A DNA stretch of 64,000 bases from Paludibacter sp. (GTDB lineage: Bacteria > Bacteroidota > Bacteroidia > Bacteroidales > Paludibacteraceae): assembly GCA_028690665.1 (NCBI GenBank), contig JAQVAV010000008.1, positions 113,273-177,272 on the forward strand, given 5' to 3'. Positions 38,512 through 47,844 of the stretch are shown piece by piece (the stretch's first letter is position 1; every line of letters begins with the position of its first letter). Position numbers and translations under genes: made by a program. Below the pieces are notes generated by a model, which was not told where the DNA came from, did not search any database, and saw only the letters and a list, made by a program, of their open reading frames with translations.

Positions 38512-39351
38512 ATGGATTTTAAAACATTCTGGAAAGAAAGTCTCGCCGGATTTATTCTGATACGTTTAATCATTGCAGCTGTAATATTCGTAGCGCTTGC
38601 ATGGGGAACACTCATTGCCATTGACTATTATACCCATCACGGAGAAGCAGAAACGGTTCCTGATCTGAAAGGGCTTTATGTGGAAGAAGCAGAAATTATG
38701 CTTGCCAATCACGGACTATATCCTCAGGTTATTGATTCGGTTTATACCAGAGACAAAAAGCTTGGAACAATTGTAGAACAAATTCCGGCAGCCAATTCGA
38801 CGGTAAAACAGCACAGACCGATATATTTGATTATCAATTCAAAGCAAATCAGAAAGATTCCGTTACCTGAGGTAAATGACGTATCGTTCCGACAGGCATC
38901 GGCAGTGCTTCAGGCTATTGGACTGAATGTGACTAATGTTGAGTACGCACCTTCTGAATATAAAGATCTTGTAATTTCTGTCAAATACCGGGGACAAGCT
39001 GTCAGTGCAGGCACCCGTATTCCGGAAGGTAGTCCTGTAGTGCTTGTTGTCGGCAGCGGATTAAGTAGCGGGCAGGCGGTTATTCCTTCAGTAAAAGGAA
39101 TGAATATAGAAGACGCCCGCCAGCAGGCAATCTTATCCTCGATGGTTATCGGTGCAGTCGAATATGATGTACAACCGTCGGGCGATGAAAGTGACTATGT
39201 AGTATATAAGCAAAGTCCGGCAGCCGGGAAATCAGTTCCGGCAGGCACAAGAATTGATGTTTGGTTATCAAAGGACAAATCACTATTAAATAAAACTTAT
39301 GATGACGAAGAATCCGACAGCAATTCAGACTCGGAAGAAGAATTTTTTTAA
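38512..39351 (+). CDS. Membrane-anchored PASTA-domain protein (three PASTA repeats, no kinase or PBP domain)
   Basis: 279 aa. It has one N-terminal TM helix and three ~65-aa repeats, each starting VPDLKG, LPEVND or IPSVKG and ending in a G..V.....G pattern. The tail is acidic (DDEESDSNSDSEEEFF). Confidence 0.8.
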   Translation: MDFKTFWKESLAGFILIRLIIAAVIFVALAWGTLIAIDYYTHHGEAETVPDLKGLYVEEAEIMLANHGLYPQVIDSVYTRDKKLGTIVEQIPAANSTVKQHRPIYLIINSKQIRKIPLPEVNDVSFRQASAVLQAIGLNVTNVEYAPSEYKDLVISVKYRGQAVSAGTRIPEGSPVVLVVGSGLSSGQAVIPSVKGMNIEDARQQAILSSMVIGAVEYDVQPSGDESDYVVYKQSPAAGKSVPAGTRIDVWLSKDKSLLNKTYDDEESDSNSDSEEEFF

Positions 39352-39375
39352 TCAATAGTTGTTAGTTATTTAGCT

Positions 39376-40446
39376 GTGAACGAAGATTTTATTCAGGAAA
39401 TAGACGATGATGAGGTAGAAGAACTGAATGGAGAACAAGAGGTATATGAACATTTCCGGTTTGTTGTAGATAAAGGTCAGGCTCTCGTACGTATTGACAA
39501 GTATCTGGTAAACTGTATGGCCAATACCTCGCGTAATCGTATTCAGGAGGCTGCCGATGTAGGTAACATTCGTGTAAACGATAAACCTGTAAAATCCAAT
39601 TACAGAGTAAAGCCCTTTGATATTATAACTATTCATTTGGCTTATCCCCCTTCCCATTTCGAAATTTTCCCCCAAGACATACCTATCGATATTGTTTACG
39701 AAGATGAAGATATAATTCTGGTAAATAAACAACCGGGACTTGTAGTGCATCCGGGATTTGGAAATTTTGACGGGACTCTGTTGAATGCCATTGCCTGGCA
39801 CCTGAAAGATAATCCCAATTTCGACCCTAACGATCCCAGTGTCGGGTTGGTGCATCGCATTGACAAAGATACTTCAGGATTATTGCTCATTGCTAAAACA
39901 CCGGAAGCTAAAACTCATCTGGGAAAACAATTCTTTGAAAAGACAACCCAACGCAGATATAATGCCCTGGTATGGGGAAATGTAAAACAAAATGAAGGAA
40001 CTATTACCGGAGATTTGGCCCGCAACCCACGTGACCGCATGCAGTTTACGGTTTTTCCTCCGGGAGAAAATCCTTATGCAAAACACGCAATTACTCATTA
40101 CAAAGTACTTGAACGTCTTGGATTTGTTACGCTTGTAGAATGTCGCCTCGAAACAGGAAGAACCCACCAGATACGTGTTCACATGAAACATATCGGGCAT
40201 ACCTTGTTTAATGATGAACGTTACGGAGGAAACGTAATTCTGAAAGGCTCCACATCTGCTTATTATAAATTGTTCGTCAAGAATTGTTTTTTTACCTGTC
40301 CGCGTCAGGCTTTACACGCCAAAACACTTGGGTTTGTACATCCGCGAACCGGAGAATACATGCATTTCGACAGTGAGCTACCCAAAGACATGCAGGAGCT
40401 CATAAATATGTGGAGACAATACGGAAAAGAACATTTAGGATTATAA
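39376..40446 (+). CDS. rluD: 23S rRNA pseudouridine synthase, RluD/RluA family
   Basis: 356 aa with a GTG start. It has an S4 domain (RIDKYL...) and the catalytic motif HRIDKDTSGLLLIAK, followed by GRTHQIRVH. Confidence 0.9.
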   Translation: MNEDFIQEIDDDEVEELNGEQEVYEHFRFVVDKGQALVRIDKYLVNCMANTSRNRIQEAADVGNIRVNDKPVKSNYRVKPFDIITIHLAYPPSHFEIFPQDIPIDIVYEDEDIILVNKQPGLVVHPGFGNFDGTLLNAIAWHLKDNPNFDPNDPSVGLVHRIDKDTSGLLLIAKTPEAKTHLGKQFFEKTTQRRYNALVWGNVKQNEGTITGDLARNPRDRMQFTVFPPGENPYAKHAITHYKVLERLGFVTLVECRLETGRTHQIRVHMKHIGHTLFNDERYGGNVILKGSTSAYYKLFVKNCFFTCPRQALHAKTLGFVHPRTGEYMHFDSELPKDMQELINMWRQYGKEHLGL

Positions 40447-40482
40447 TATATTAATTTTCAATGCCTTTTTAAAGGTACTTTT

Positions 40483-41457
40483 ATGAAACGAAACATTGCT
40501 ATTGTTGCCGGTGGTGATTCATCGGAAGTGGTAGTCTCTCTTAAGAGTGCTGCCGGACTTTATTCTTTTATGGATAAAGAGCGTTATAATATGTACATAG
40601 TTACCATTGTCGGGCAAACATGGCAGGCCGAAATTTCCGATCAGGAAAAAATGCCTTTGGATAAAAATGATTTTAGCTTTACCAGAAACGGCGAAAAAGT
40701 AAAATTCGATTTTGCCTACATTACCATTCATGGAACTCCTGGTGAAAATGGCATTTTACAGGGATATTTTGACCTGATAGGATTACCGTACTCTTCTTGC
40801 GGTGTGCTGGCTTCGGCTGTCACTTTCAACAAATTTACCTGTAACCAATATCTAAAAGGTTTCGGAGTAAAAGTGTCCGAGGCATTATTGCTTAGGGCAG
40901 GGCAAACAGTTGACAATAATGTGGTAGTAGAAAAAATAGGCCTCCCCTGCTTTGTAAAACCTAATGTTGGCGGAAGCAGCTTCGGAGTAACCAAAGTAAA
41001 ATCTGTCGATCAGATACAGCCGGCTATTGTAAAGGCCTTTGCAGAAGGAAGTGAAGTAATGATAGAAGCTTTTATGTCCGGAACCGAAATTACCTGCGGC
41101 ATGTATAAAACTAAAGAAAAAACGGTTGTATTTCCAATAACCGAAGTGGTTTCTCACAACGAATTCTTCGATTACGATGCTAAATATAAAGGTCAGGTAG
41201 AGGAAATTACCCCGGCACGTATTTCAGAGGCACTTGCCGGAAGGATACACAAACTGACATCCGCTATTTACGACATTATTGGGTGTAAGGGCATTGTACG
41301 TATCGACTATATCATTTCCGAAGGAGACGTTATTAATCTTTTGGAAATAAATACTACTCCGGGAATGACTCCGACCAGCTTTATTCCGCAACAAGTTCGG
41401 GTAGCCGGCCTTGACATTCGGGATGTAATGACAGATATTATTGAAAATGAATTTTAA
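40483..41457 (+). CDS. ddl: D-alanine--D-alanine ligase
   Basis: 324 aa. Motifs are AIVAGGDSSEVVVSL, HGTPGENG, FVKPNVGGSSFGV and an ATP-grasp C-terminus (LEINTTPGMT). Confidence 0.95.
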   Translation: MKRNIAIVAGGDSSEVVVSLKSAAGLYSFMDKERYNMYIVTIVGQTWQAEISDQEKMPLDKNDFSFTRNGEKVKFDFAYITIHGTPGENGILQGYFDLIGLPYSSCGVLASAVTFNKFTCNQYLKGFGVKVSEALLLRAGQTVDNNVVVEKIGLPCFVKPNVGGSSFGVTKVKSVDQIQPAIVKAFAEGSEVMIEAFMSGTEITCGMYKTKEKTVVFPITEVVSHNEFFDYDAKYKGQVEEITPARISEALAGRIHKLTSAIYDIIGCKGIVRIDYIISEGDVINLLEINTTPGMTPTSFIPQQVRVAGLDIRDVMTDIIENEF

Positions 41458-41469
41458 TTTCATTGGCTT

Positions 41470-41976
41470 ATGAAATCTTTAAGACAAATTTTACTTATAG
41501 CATTTTTGTTTCTTATTTCGCAAACTTATGCACAAGAAATTCAAAATGAAATTAAATCTTATGTTGACAGTTCTGAACTTCTAGTTAATAATGGAAGGAA
41601 GTTACTACTGAGTTCACTTCAAAAAAAAGATTATAAAAAAGCAAAAGAAATATATACATATTTGAATTCAGAAACAGCAACAAAAGGTTGCGTAGCATTT
41701 AACTACACCGAAAATCTGAACATCACATGCCTGCTTACAGACTGGGATATTTTTTTTGATATCGTTGAAGAAATTGACAGTGCGGGATACGTTTCGTTGT
41801 GTTATCCGAAATCTTTTGAAATATCCCATCAGCTATATAACGAAGTGGAACAAAATGCAGACAGTATCTTAGACAAAGCAAGTACCGAACTGCCCGATGA
41901 AAAATATAACTTACTGGAGATATATCTTTATATCGTCAAAAATGGCTATAAAAATGAAACTTATGGAAAAAAATAA
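41470..41976 (+). CDS. Secreted hypothetical protein. Probable N-terminal part of a gene split at an A7 tract
   Basis: 168 aa. It has a signal peptide (FLFLISQTYAQE) and ends GKK-stop inside the run A7 (41967-41973). See finding. Confidence 0.6.
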   Translation: MKSLRQILLIAFLFLISQTYAQEIQNEIKSYVDSSELLVNNGRKLLLSSLQKKDYKKAKEIYTYLNSETATKGCVAFNYTENLNITCLLTDWDIFFDIVEEIDSAGYVSLCYPKSFEISHQLYNEVEQNADSILDKASTELPDEKYNLLEIYLYIVKNGYKNETYGKK

Positions 41977-42146
41977 AGGAATTTAAAAAACAGTATTCTT
42001 CCTCTAAATATAAAAAATTCATTGCTAAATATCTCCCGAGTCCGGAAGTTTCCGGTAGCCTGACATATTCCTTTGGTTCCAGTGGGATATTCCCAACAGG
42101 AAACTTAAGTAATGGATTTTACCCCAATGCAACTTTCCACCTAAGT

Positions 42147-42632
42147 ATGGATTTTAATATCTCGAAAATATATTTTTCAATGTACTTTAACGGAGGAAAT
42201 CTGAATCTGAGGACACCTTTTTCTGCGACTACGGAATATGGAACCTATAATTTTGTAGAAAAAGACAAGTTTTCCTATACCGAAGGAGGAATTAATCTCG
42301 GATATCATATTTTTTCTAATAAACAGATTCATATAACTCCTGGAATCAACCTCGGAGGAGCAAGTCTGGAGAGCAATTTATATTCGGATGAAGATGACAA
42401 TGATAAAGAAATATACATATTTAACTCCTTCATTTGGGGACCGGTGCTTCACTCTGAGTTTAAAATTTACGAATATAAAACACAAAGCATGTATAGTACG
42501 GACGCTTTAGGTTTTTTCAGTATCAAATTTGATTTTGGATATAATTTTATAGCTAAAAATCAATACCCGGAATTCAAGGGAAATATTCCATATACTCGTT
42601 TAGCTCTAATTTGGGGTATTGGTAAATTTTGA
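42147..42632 (+). CDS. Hypothetical beta-barrel-like protein. Probable C-terminal part of the same split gene
   Basis: 161 aa from the first ATG, but the frame is open without stops back to 41958. There is no signal peptide. The sequence has an alternating beta-strand pattern and a C-terminal aromatic residue (..IWGIGKF) typical of outer-membrane barrels. Confidence 0.55.
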   Translation: MDFNISKIYFSMYFNGGNLNLRTPFSATTEYGTYNFVEKDKFSYTEGGINLGYHIFSNKQIHITPGINLGGASLESNLYSDEDDNDKEIYIFNSFIWGPVLHSEFKIYEYKTQSMYSTDALGFFSIKFDFGYNFIAKNQYPEFKGNIPYTRLALIWGIGKF

Positions 42633-42639
42633 TTTTAAT

Positions 42640-43614
42640 ATGAAAACATTCAACGAAATTACAACGCTGGTTAGCGACGAAATAAAGCAATTAGACTGGA
42701 CAATGGAACCGTCAGGGCTATACGCACCCATTGCCTATGTTCTAAGTCTGGGAGGGAAACGAATTCGTCCGGCTTTAACGCTTATGTCCTGTAATTTATT
42801 TTCAGATAATCTGGAACAAGCTATAGCTCCTGCGTTAGGTCTTGAAGTGTTTCATAATTTTACCCTGCTGCACGACGACATCATGGACAGAGCGGATATC
42901 CGTCGTGGACGCCCGACCGTTCATAAAAAATGGAATGACAATACGGCCATTCTCTCCGGCGACGTTATGCAAATTGTTGCATATCAATTGATCGGACGAA
43001 CCCCTCAGCAATATCTGCCGGAAGTCCTTTCCCTGTTTTCAAAAACGGCAGTTGAAATATGCGAAGGACAGCAATACGATGTCGACTTTGAAAACAGAAA
43101 CGATGTCTCTGCCGAAGAGTATCTCGAAATGATACGTCTCAAAACAGCCGTTTTACTGGGTTGCTCACTGAAAACAGGGGCTATTATCGGAGGGGCATCT
43201 ATGGAAGATGCACAAGAACTTTATGACTTTGGAATTAATATCGGTTTAGCATTTCAATTGAAAGATGATCTGTTAGATGTATATGGAGATGAAAAAACTT
43301 TTGGTAAAAAAATAGGAGGAGATATTCTTTGCAATAAAAAAACTTATCTTCTTATTTCCGCGATAAAAGAAGCCCGGGGCAAACAATTAAGTGATTTACA
43401 GTTCTGGTTACAAACAAACGATGGAAATCCGGAAGAAAAAATAAATGCCGTAACAAACTTGTATAATCTTCTGAAAGTAAAAAAAATATGCGAAGATAAA
43501 ATGTCTTTTTTTTATGAAAAGGCCATCGCAAATCTCGAAAAAGTAAGTATCTCTGGCAATAAAAAACAAGAATTGAGAAATTTAGCTCAAAAATTAATGT
43601 CGAGAAACGATTAA
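42640..43614 (+). CDS. Polyprenyl diphosphate synthase family protein
   Basis: The start is trimmed to MKTFNEI. The first and second aspartate-rich motifs are LLHDDIMD and FQLKDDLLD. Confidence 0.9.
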   Translation: MKTFNEITTLVSDEIKQLDWTMEPSGLYAPIAYVLSLGGKRIRPALTLMSCNLFSDNLEQAIAPALGLEVFHNFTLLHDDIMDRADIRRGRPTVHKKWNDNTAILSGDVMQIVAYQLIGRTPQQYLPEVLSLFSKTAVEICEGQQYDVDFENRNDVSAEEYLEMIRLKTAVLLGCSLKTGAIIGGASMEDAQELYDFGINIGLAFQLKDDLLDVYGDEKTFGKKIGGDILCNKKTYLLISAIKEARGKQLSDLQFWLQTNDGNPEEKINAVTNLYNLLKVKKICEDKMSFFYEKAIANLEKVSISGNKKQELRNLAQKLMSRND

Positions 43615-43620
43615 TTTTTT

Positions 43621-43628
43621 TATCTTTG
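43621..43628 (+). promoter_or_regulatory. Candidate -7 box TATCTTTG for the 43706 gene
   Basis: Matches TAnnTTTG, 78 nt upstream of the ATG at 43706. Confidence 0.45.
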
Positions 43629-43705
43629 TAAGCATACAATTTAATAATATCAAATATTGTTGATATTAGTGGTTTTTTAGTCAATAATTAAAAATCCGAG
43701 ATGTT

Positions 43706-44428
43706 ATGCCTTACCGCCGTTTGCCTAATACAGATCAGGCACGCTTACGTGCATTACGCACTGCAATTCAAAAAGCTGATAAACAAGATTATAATTCACA
43801 AGTAATAACTTTTAAAATCGCTCATGAAGCAAAATCATTTCTGGGAATTTTTGAAAAACAGCTCTCTCACTATCAACAAATGCTTGATAACCAGGTATCC
43901 GCCAACAAAAAATACCAACAAGTAGTACACAATGCCCGGTTGTATATTTCTCACTTTATTCAGGTACTCAACCTTGCAGTCATTCGCGGAGACATAAAAA
44001 AAGACAACAAGATTTTTTACCAGCTCGATCCCAACACTCATACAGTTCCGGATCTGACTACCGAAGCAGCCTTATTAAAATGGGGAAAACACATAATAGA
44101 TGGGGAAAATGAAAGAGTAAGAAACGGAGGATTCCCGATTTATAATCCTGCAATTGCCAAAGTGCAGGTACATTACGAGGTTTTCAAAGAGTATAAAATT
44201 ACTCAAAAACAATATCAAAATGCAACCAATCGAAGTTGGGAAGAATTAGTGGGTCTGCGTGAAAGAGGTGATGAAATCATTCTTGACATCTGGAATCAGG
44301 TTGAAGCACACTACAAAGACGAGAAACCTTTCAGTCGCCTCACTAAATGTAAAAATTATGGTTTAATATATTATTACCGTAAAGGAGAAAAAGAGCTTAC
44401 AAAAGCCGATGATCTGACAGAAGAATAA
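43706..44428 (+). CDS. Hypothetical cytoplasmic protein
   Basis: 240 aa. The ORF is clean and has its own promoter box. It has no signal peptide and no motif I can name. Confidence 0.6.
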   Translation: MPYRRLPNTDQARLRALRTAIQKADKQDYNSQVITFKIAHEAKSFLGIFEKQLSHYQQMLDNQVSANKKYQQVVHNARLYISHFIQVLNLAVIRGDIKKDNKIFYQLDPNTHTVPDLTTEAALLKWGKHIIDGENERVRNGGFPIYNPAIAKVQVHYEVFKEYKITQKQYQNATNRSWEELVGLRERGDEIILDIWNQVEAHYKDEKPFSRLTKCKNYGLIYYYRKGEKELTKADDLTEE

Positions 44429-44431
44429 TTA

Positions 44432-45250
44432 TCAGGGTTTTATATAATCTTTCCGTTGCACTGTGTACGCGCTGAAATAGCCCAAATCAGTACCAACAAG
44501 GTTTGTATAAGGATTTGACGGGCTCGATGAATTTCCTGAACTCATTCCAGAATTTTCCATACTGTTGAAATAATTATATACTTCTTTGCTAATACACTGC
44601 ATCTCAACAGTGATTTTATCTCCCGTTTTTATACTGTCATTATAGATAATAATGGTATTTTCATTCGAAAGGCCATTATAACGTTCGTCATTATAGATTG
44701 AGCTGGCATACAATGAATTATTCACATAAATTTCAAACCGGTAAAAATTGTCAATTTCAGGAGGATCCTGATAAGCAACGGTAATTTCGTAAAATGCTTT
44801 ACTCTGCCCAGAATATAAAGGAATGTCTCCTCCACCCGGATATACCGAATTTACAACTTTCATAGAATCGAAATTTACCCTGTCCGGGCAATCGCAGCTC
44901 GCTGTCACAGATTTATCTTCCACCTCGATATCAATGTGATATGTCTCTCCGGCCCGGCCTCTCATTGATATAGAAACATATTTACCGGGAATTATTTCTT
45001 CTAGATTTTCTGTGTTTCCGGAAGCATCCGAAAGGGTAATAATTGCCCCGGAAACAATAGGAAAATCATCCTCATCATCAAGATTAACTGATTTGGTAAG
45101 ATTAATAACAGCCGGCTCACCCTCTCCTATTTGAGCTTCAACAACAAGCTGGGGATCTGACGAGTTTATATCCAGATGAATAATTTCGGTACACGAAACA
45201 GCAATACCTGCTAAAAAGAAAAACAGTATAATTTTAATAAATTGTTTCAT
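44432..45250 (-). CDS. DUF4249-type lipoprotein, partner of the upstream TonB-dependent receptor
   Basis: 272 aa. It has a lipoprotein signal (AGIAVSC) and starts 2 nt after the receptor stop. The family name is from memory of the receptor/DUF4249 pairing in Bacteroidota. Confidence 0.65.
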   Translation of the reverse strand: MKQFIKIILFFFLAGIAVSCTEIIHLDINSSDPQLVVEAQIGEGEPAVINLTKSVNLDDEDDFPIVSGAIITLSDASGNTENLEEIIPGKYVSISMRGRAGETYHIDIEVEDKSVTASCDCPDRVNFDSMKVVNSVYPGGGDIPLYSGQSKAFYEITVAYQDPPEIDNFYRFEIYVNNSLYASSIYNDERYNGLSNENTIIIYNDSIKTGDKITVEMQCISKEVYNYFNSMENSGMSSGNSSSPSNPYTNLVGTDLGYFSAYTVQRKDYIKP

Positions 45251-45252
45251 AA

Positions 45253-47562
45253 TTAAAATCTGAAATTATAAGTTATCGAAGGCACATAAGTAAAAAGACA
45301 CGTCATGACAGCATTAGTTTTTGACGAGTCATTTTCATCCTGTTCGAAATCAATAGAATATGGGTTTTTATGCCCATAAGCATTATATATCGAAAAATTC
45401 AAACTGCTTTCGAACCGTTTGGTCTTTTTCAAAGTCCAGGTCGCTCCCAAATCGAGACGATGGTAATCCGGCATCCGGTAACCGTTACGTTCTGTATAGT
45501 AATACTCAACATCGCCATTTATCGTATATTTACCACTTGGAAAGGTAACTGCATTTCCGGTATTATATACCCAGGAGGCTGAAAACGACCATTTTTTACT
45601 TAAATCATAAATAGCTACAATTGAAATATCATGTGTAATATCCTGACGTGCAGGATACCAGTTTCCATCGTTTATACCATCAATTTTCCGTTCGGTTTTC
45701 GAATATGTATATCCTACCCAGCCGGTAAGTTTTCCATGCTTTTTCTTGAGCAACAGCTCCAATCCGTATGCACGACCTACTCCAAAAAGTAATTCTCCTG
45801 TTAAATACTCATTAGCATAAATATTTGCACCGTTTTTCAGATCAATCTGATTTTGCATCCAACGATAATATACTTCACTGCTAAATTGATATATACTTTT
45901 ATTGAAGTTTGCAAAATATCCCAGCGAGACCTGATCACCAATTTCCGATTTTACATTATTATCCGAAACAATCCAAACGTCGGTTGGCAACGATGACGTT
46001 GCATTAGAAATTAAATGCAGATTCTGCGTATTCCGCGTATAACTTGTTTTAAAAGAATTATTATCATTCAGGATATAAGCGATATTCAATCGTGGTTCAA
46101 TGCTATAATAGGATTGTACAATTTTATCTGAACCGTAAGAGGTGGTAGTAGCAAGTTCTCCGTTCTCATAAGTATAAAAATCACCCGGGCCGAGTAAATG
46201 GTAATCCGTCAGACGCAATCCATAGCTCACATTCAAGTTATGAAAAGGCTTCCATTCATTCGAAAAGTACAATGCATTCTCGAGGGCATGTTTCTGCTGA
46301 AGTTTTACAGCTGTTATTGTCGTATCGGTAGTTTCGAGCTGACCGGGAACAATGTTTCGGTAAATCGCATTTATACCGAATGTCAGTTTATTTTTACTGT
46401 TAGCAAAATACTGGAATTCATGCTTCAGATTCCAATCGTTGATTTTTGAATTCAGACTGAATTCTTTATTAAAAATAATATTGATTTTATAGTTATAGTC
46501 CGAATAAATAACCGATGTATTACTGAATAGTTTTTCATTCCAGATATGATTCCAACGAAATGTACCCGTTTTATTTCCCCAATCAATTCCAAAACGTTCC
46601 TGAAAATTAAAAACATCCCTGCCAAAGTACCCTGAAAGGTATAAACGGTTTTTATCATTAATAATGTAGTTCGCTTTGGCATTTATATCATAAAAATAAA
46701 GCTGATTATTATTAATCAGGTCATCTGAAGACAGTTTTAGAAAAAGGTCGGCATAAGTGCGACGAGCCGTTACTAAAAAAGACGATTTGTCCTTTACAAC
46801 AGGTCCCTCGACATTCAAACGTGAAGAAATAAGTCCGATTCCACCTCCCACATGGAAATCCTGATTATTTCCATCATTCATTTTAACATCAAGCACGGAA
46901 GATATTCTCCCGCCATATTCTGCAGGGGCAGTACCTTTGTACATTTGTACATCTTTTATGGCATCGCTATTGAATGTAGAGAAAAATCCCAGCAGATGGT
47001 CCGCATTAAAAACCGTTGCTTCGTCCAATAAAATCAGGTTTTGAGAATTGCTCCCTCCACGGACATACATTCCTCCGTTTCCTTCACCCACAGATTTGAT
47101 ACCGGGAGTAAGTTTCAGTGTCTTCATAATATCGGCTTCTCCGAAAAGTACCGGAATCTTGGCAATTTCCTTTACTTCCATTTTTTCCATACCAATTTCA
47201 TTGGAGGTAATATTGTGGTTTTTTGCCTGAGCTGTAATTTCGACATCGTTCAATTGCTGGGCCTGAGGCTGCAATTTGATGTTCAGTTTTCGGCTTTGGT
47301 TCATATTCAGGGTATACTCGGCAGGTAAATACCCTAAATAACTTACAATGAAAGTATATTTGCCATCAGGTACGGTAAGAGAAAAATACCCGTAAGAATT
47401 TGTCGTTACACCAGTATTTTCCATTTCTTTCACCAAAATACTGGCTCCTATCAGGCTTTCACCGGTAGTAGCATCCGTAACACTCCCGCTAAAAGTGTGT
47501 CGAGACGCACCCCACAACCATTGAGAGCAAACCAAAAAAAATGCAAGAATATATTTCTGCAT
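45253..47562 (-). CDS. TonB-dependent receptor with N-terminal carboxypeptidase-regulatory-like domain
   Basis: 769 aa. It has a signal peptide, a CarboxypepD_reg pattern (FSGSVTDATTGESLIGASILV..GYFSL), a plug (TLKLTPGIKS..GGMYVRGG) and a barrel ending ..SITYNFRF. Confidence 0.9.
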   Translation of the reverse strand: MQKYILAFFLVCSQWLWGASRHTFSGSVTDATTGESLIGASILVKEMENTGVTTNSYGYFSLTVPDGKYTFIVSYLGYLPAEYTLNMNQSRKLNIKLQPQAQQLNDVEITAQAKNHNITSNEIGMEKMEVKEIAKIPVLFGEADIMKTLKLTPGIKSVGEGNGGMYVRGGSNSQNLILLDEATVFNADHLLGFFSTFNSDAIKDVQMYKGTAPAEYGGRISSVLDVKMNDGNNQDFHVGGGIGLISSRLNVEGPVVKDKSSFLVTARRTYADLFLKLSSDDLINNNQLYFYDINAKANYIINDKNRLYLSGYFGRDVFNFQERFGIDWGNKTGTFRWNHIWNEKLFSNTSVIYSDYNYKINIIFNKEFSLNSKINDWNLKHEFQYFANSKNKLTFGINAIYRNIVPGQLETTDTTITAVKLQQKHALENALYFSNEWKPFHNLNVSYGLRLTDYHLLGPGDFYTYENGELATTTSYGSDKIVQSYYSIEPRLNIAYILNDNNSFKTSYTRNTQNLHLISNATSSLPTDVWIVSDNNVKSEIGDQVSLGYFANFNKSIYQFSSEVYYRWMQNQIDLKNGANIYANEYLTGELLFGVGRAYGLELLLKKKHGKLTGWVGYTYSKTERKIDGINDGNWYPARQDITHDISIVAIYDLSKKWSFSASWVYNTGNAVTFPSGKYTINGDVEYYYTERNGYRMPDYHRLDLGATWTLKKTKRFESSLNFSIYNAYGHKNPYSIDFEQDENDSSKTNAVMTCLFTYVPSITYNFRF

Positions 47563-47622
47563 AGCTAAATGCTGTATTATAAGTTTTTTACGGATATCAT
47601 TCTGTAATATTAAGTGGGGCTC

Positions 47623-47661
47623 TTTCGAAAAACAAGAAGGGTAGTCAAAGAACGACCACCC
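47623..47661 (-). terminator. Intrinsic terminator or attenuator between the mini-lipoprotein ORF and the TonB receptor gene
   Basis: The minus-strand RNA reads GGGUGGUC-GUUCUUU-GACUACCC followed by UUCUUGUUUUUC. The only non-Watson-Crick pair is G.U, and only in the minus-strand sense. Confidence 0.6.
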
Positions 47662-47709
47662 TTACATTCTGATTTTGTTATTGTCAAAAGGTTTAAAAAT
47701 AATTCATAA

Positions 47710-47844
47710 TTAATTTGCAGCACTTCTTGTTGCCCCCGTAGTAGTGTCAACCGGAGGATTCTGTGTTGTACATGAACTGATACTCAGCATGGCAGTTACA
47801 ACAAAAACTGCGATAAACAGAATTCGCTTATTGTTTCTTCCCAT
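47710..47844 (-). CDS. Candidate 44-aa mini-lipoprotein (20-aa Thr/Pro-rich mature part)
   Basis: The track ORF 47710-47892 is trimmed to the internal ATG, giving MGRNNKRILFIAVFVVTAMLSISSC-TTQNPPVDTTTGATRSAAN. The signal peptide is well formed (basic n-region, hydrophobic core, Cys), and the ORF has its own downstream terminator. Confidence 0.35.
   Translation of the reverse strand: MGRNNKRILFIAVFVVTAMLSISSCTTQNPPVDTTTGATRSAAN

Noticed and set aside
39370-39855. 161-aa minus-strand ORF overlapping the rluD 5' half
   Set aside because: It is an antisense shadow of rluD, whose S4 and catalytic motifs are intact. The translation shows no coding-like features.
44426-44434. Convergent stop codons only 3 nt apart (hypothetical gene and DUF4249 gene) with no terminator between them
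   Set aside because: Tight convergent packing occurs elsewhere in this window (16205/16217, 34111/34125, 20191/20214). There is no evidence of anything beyond compact genome organisation.
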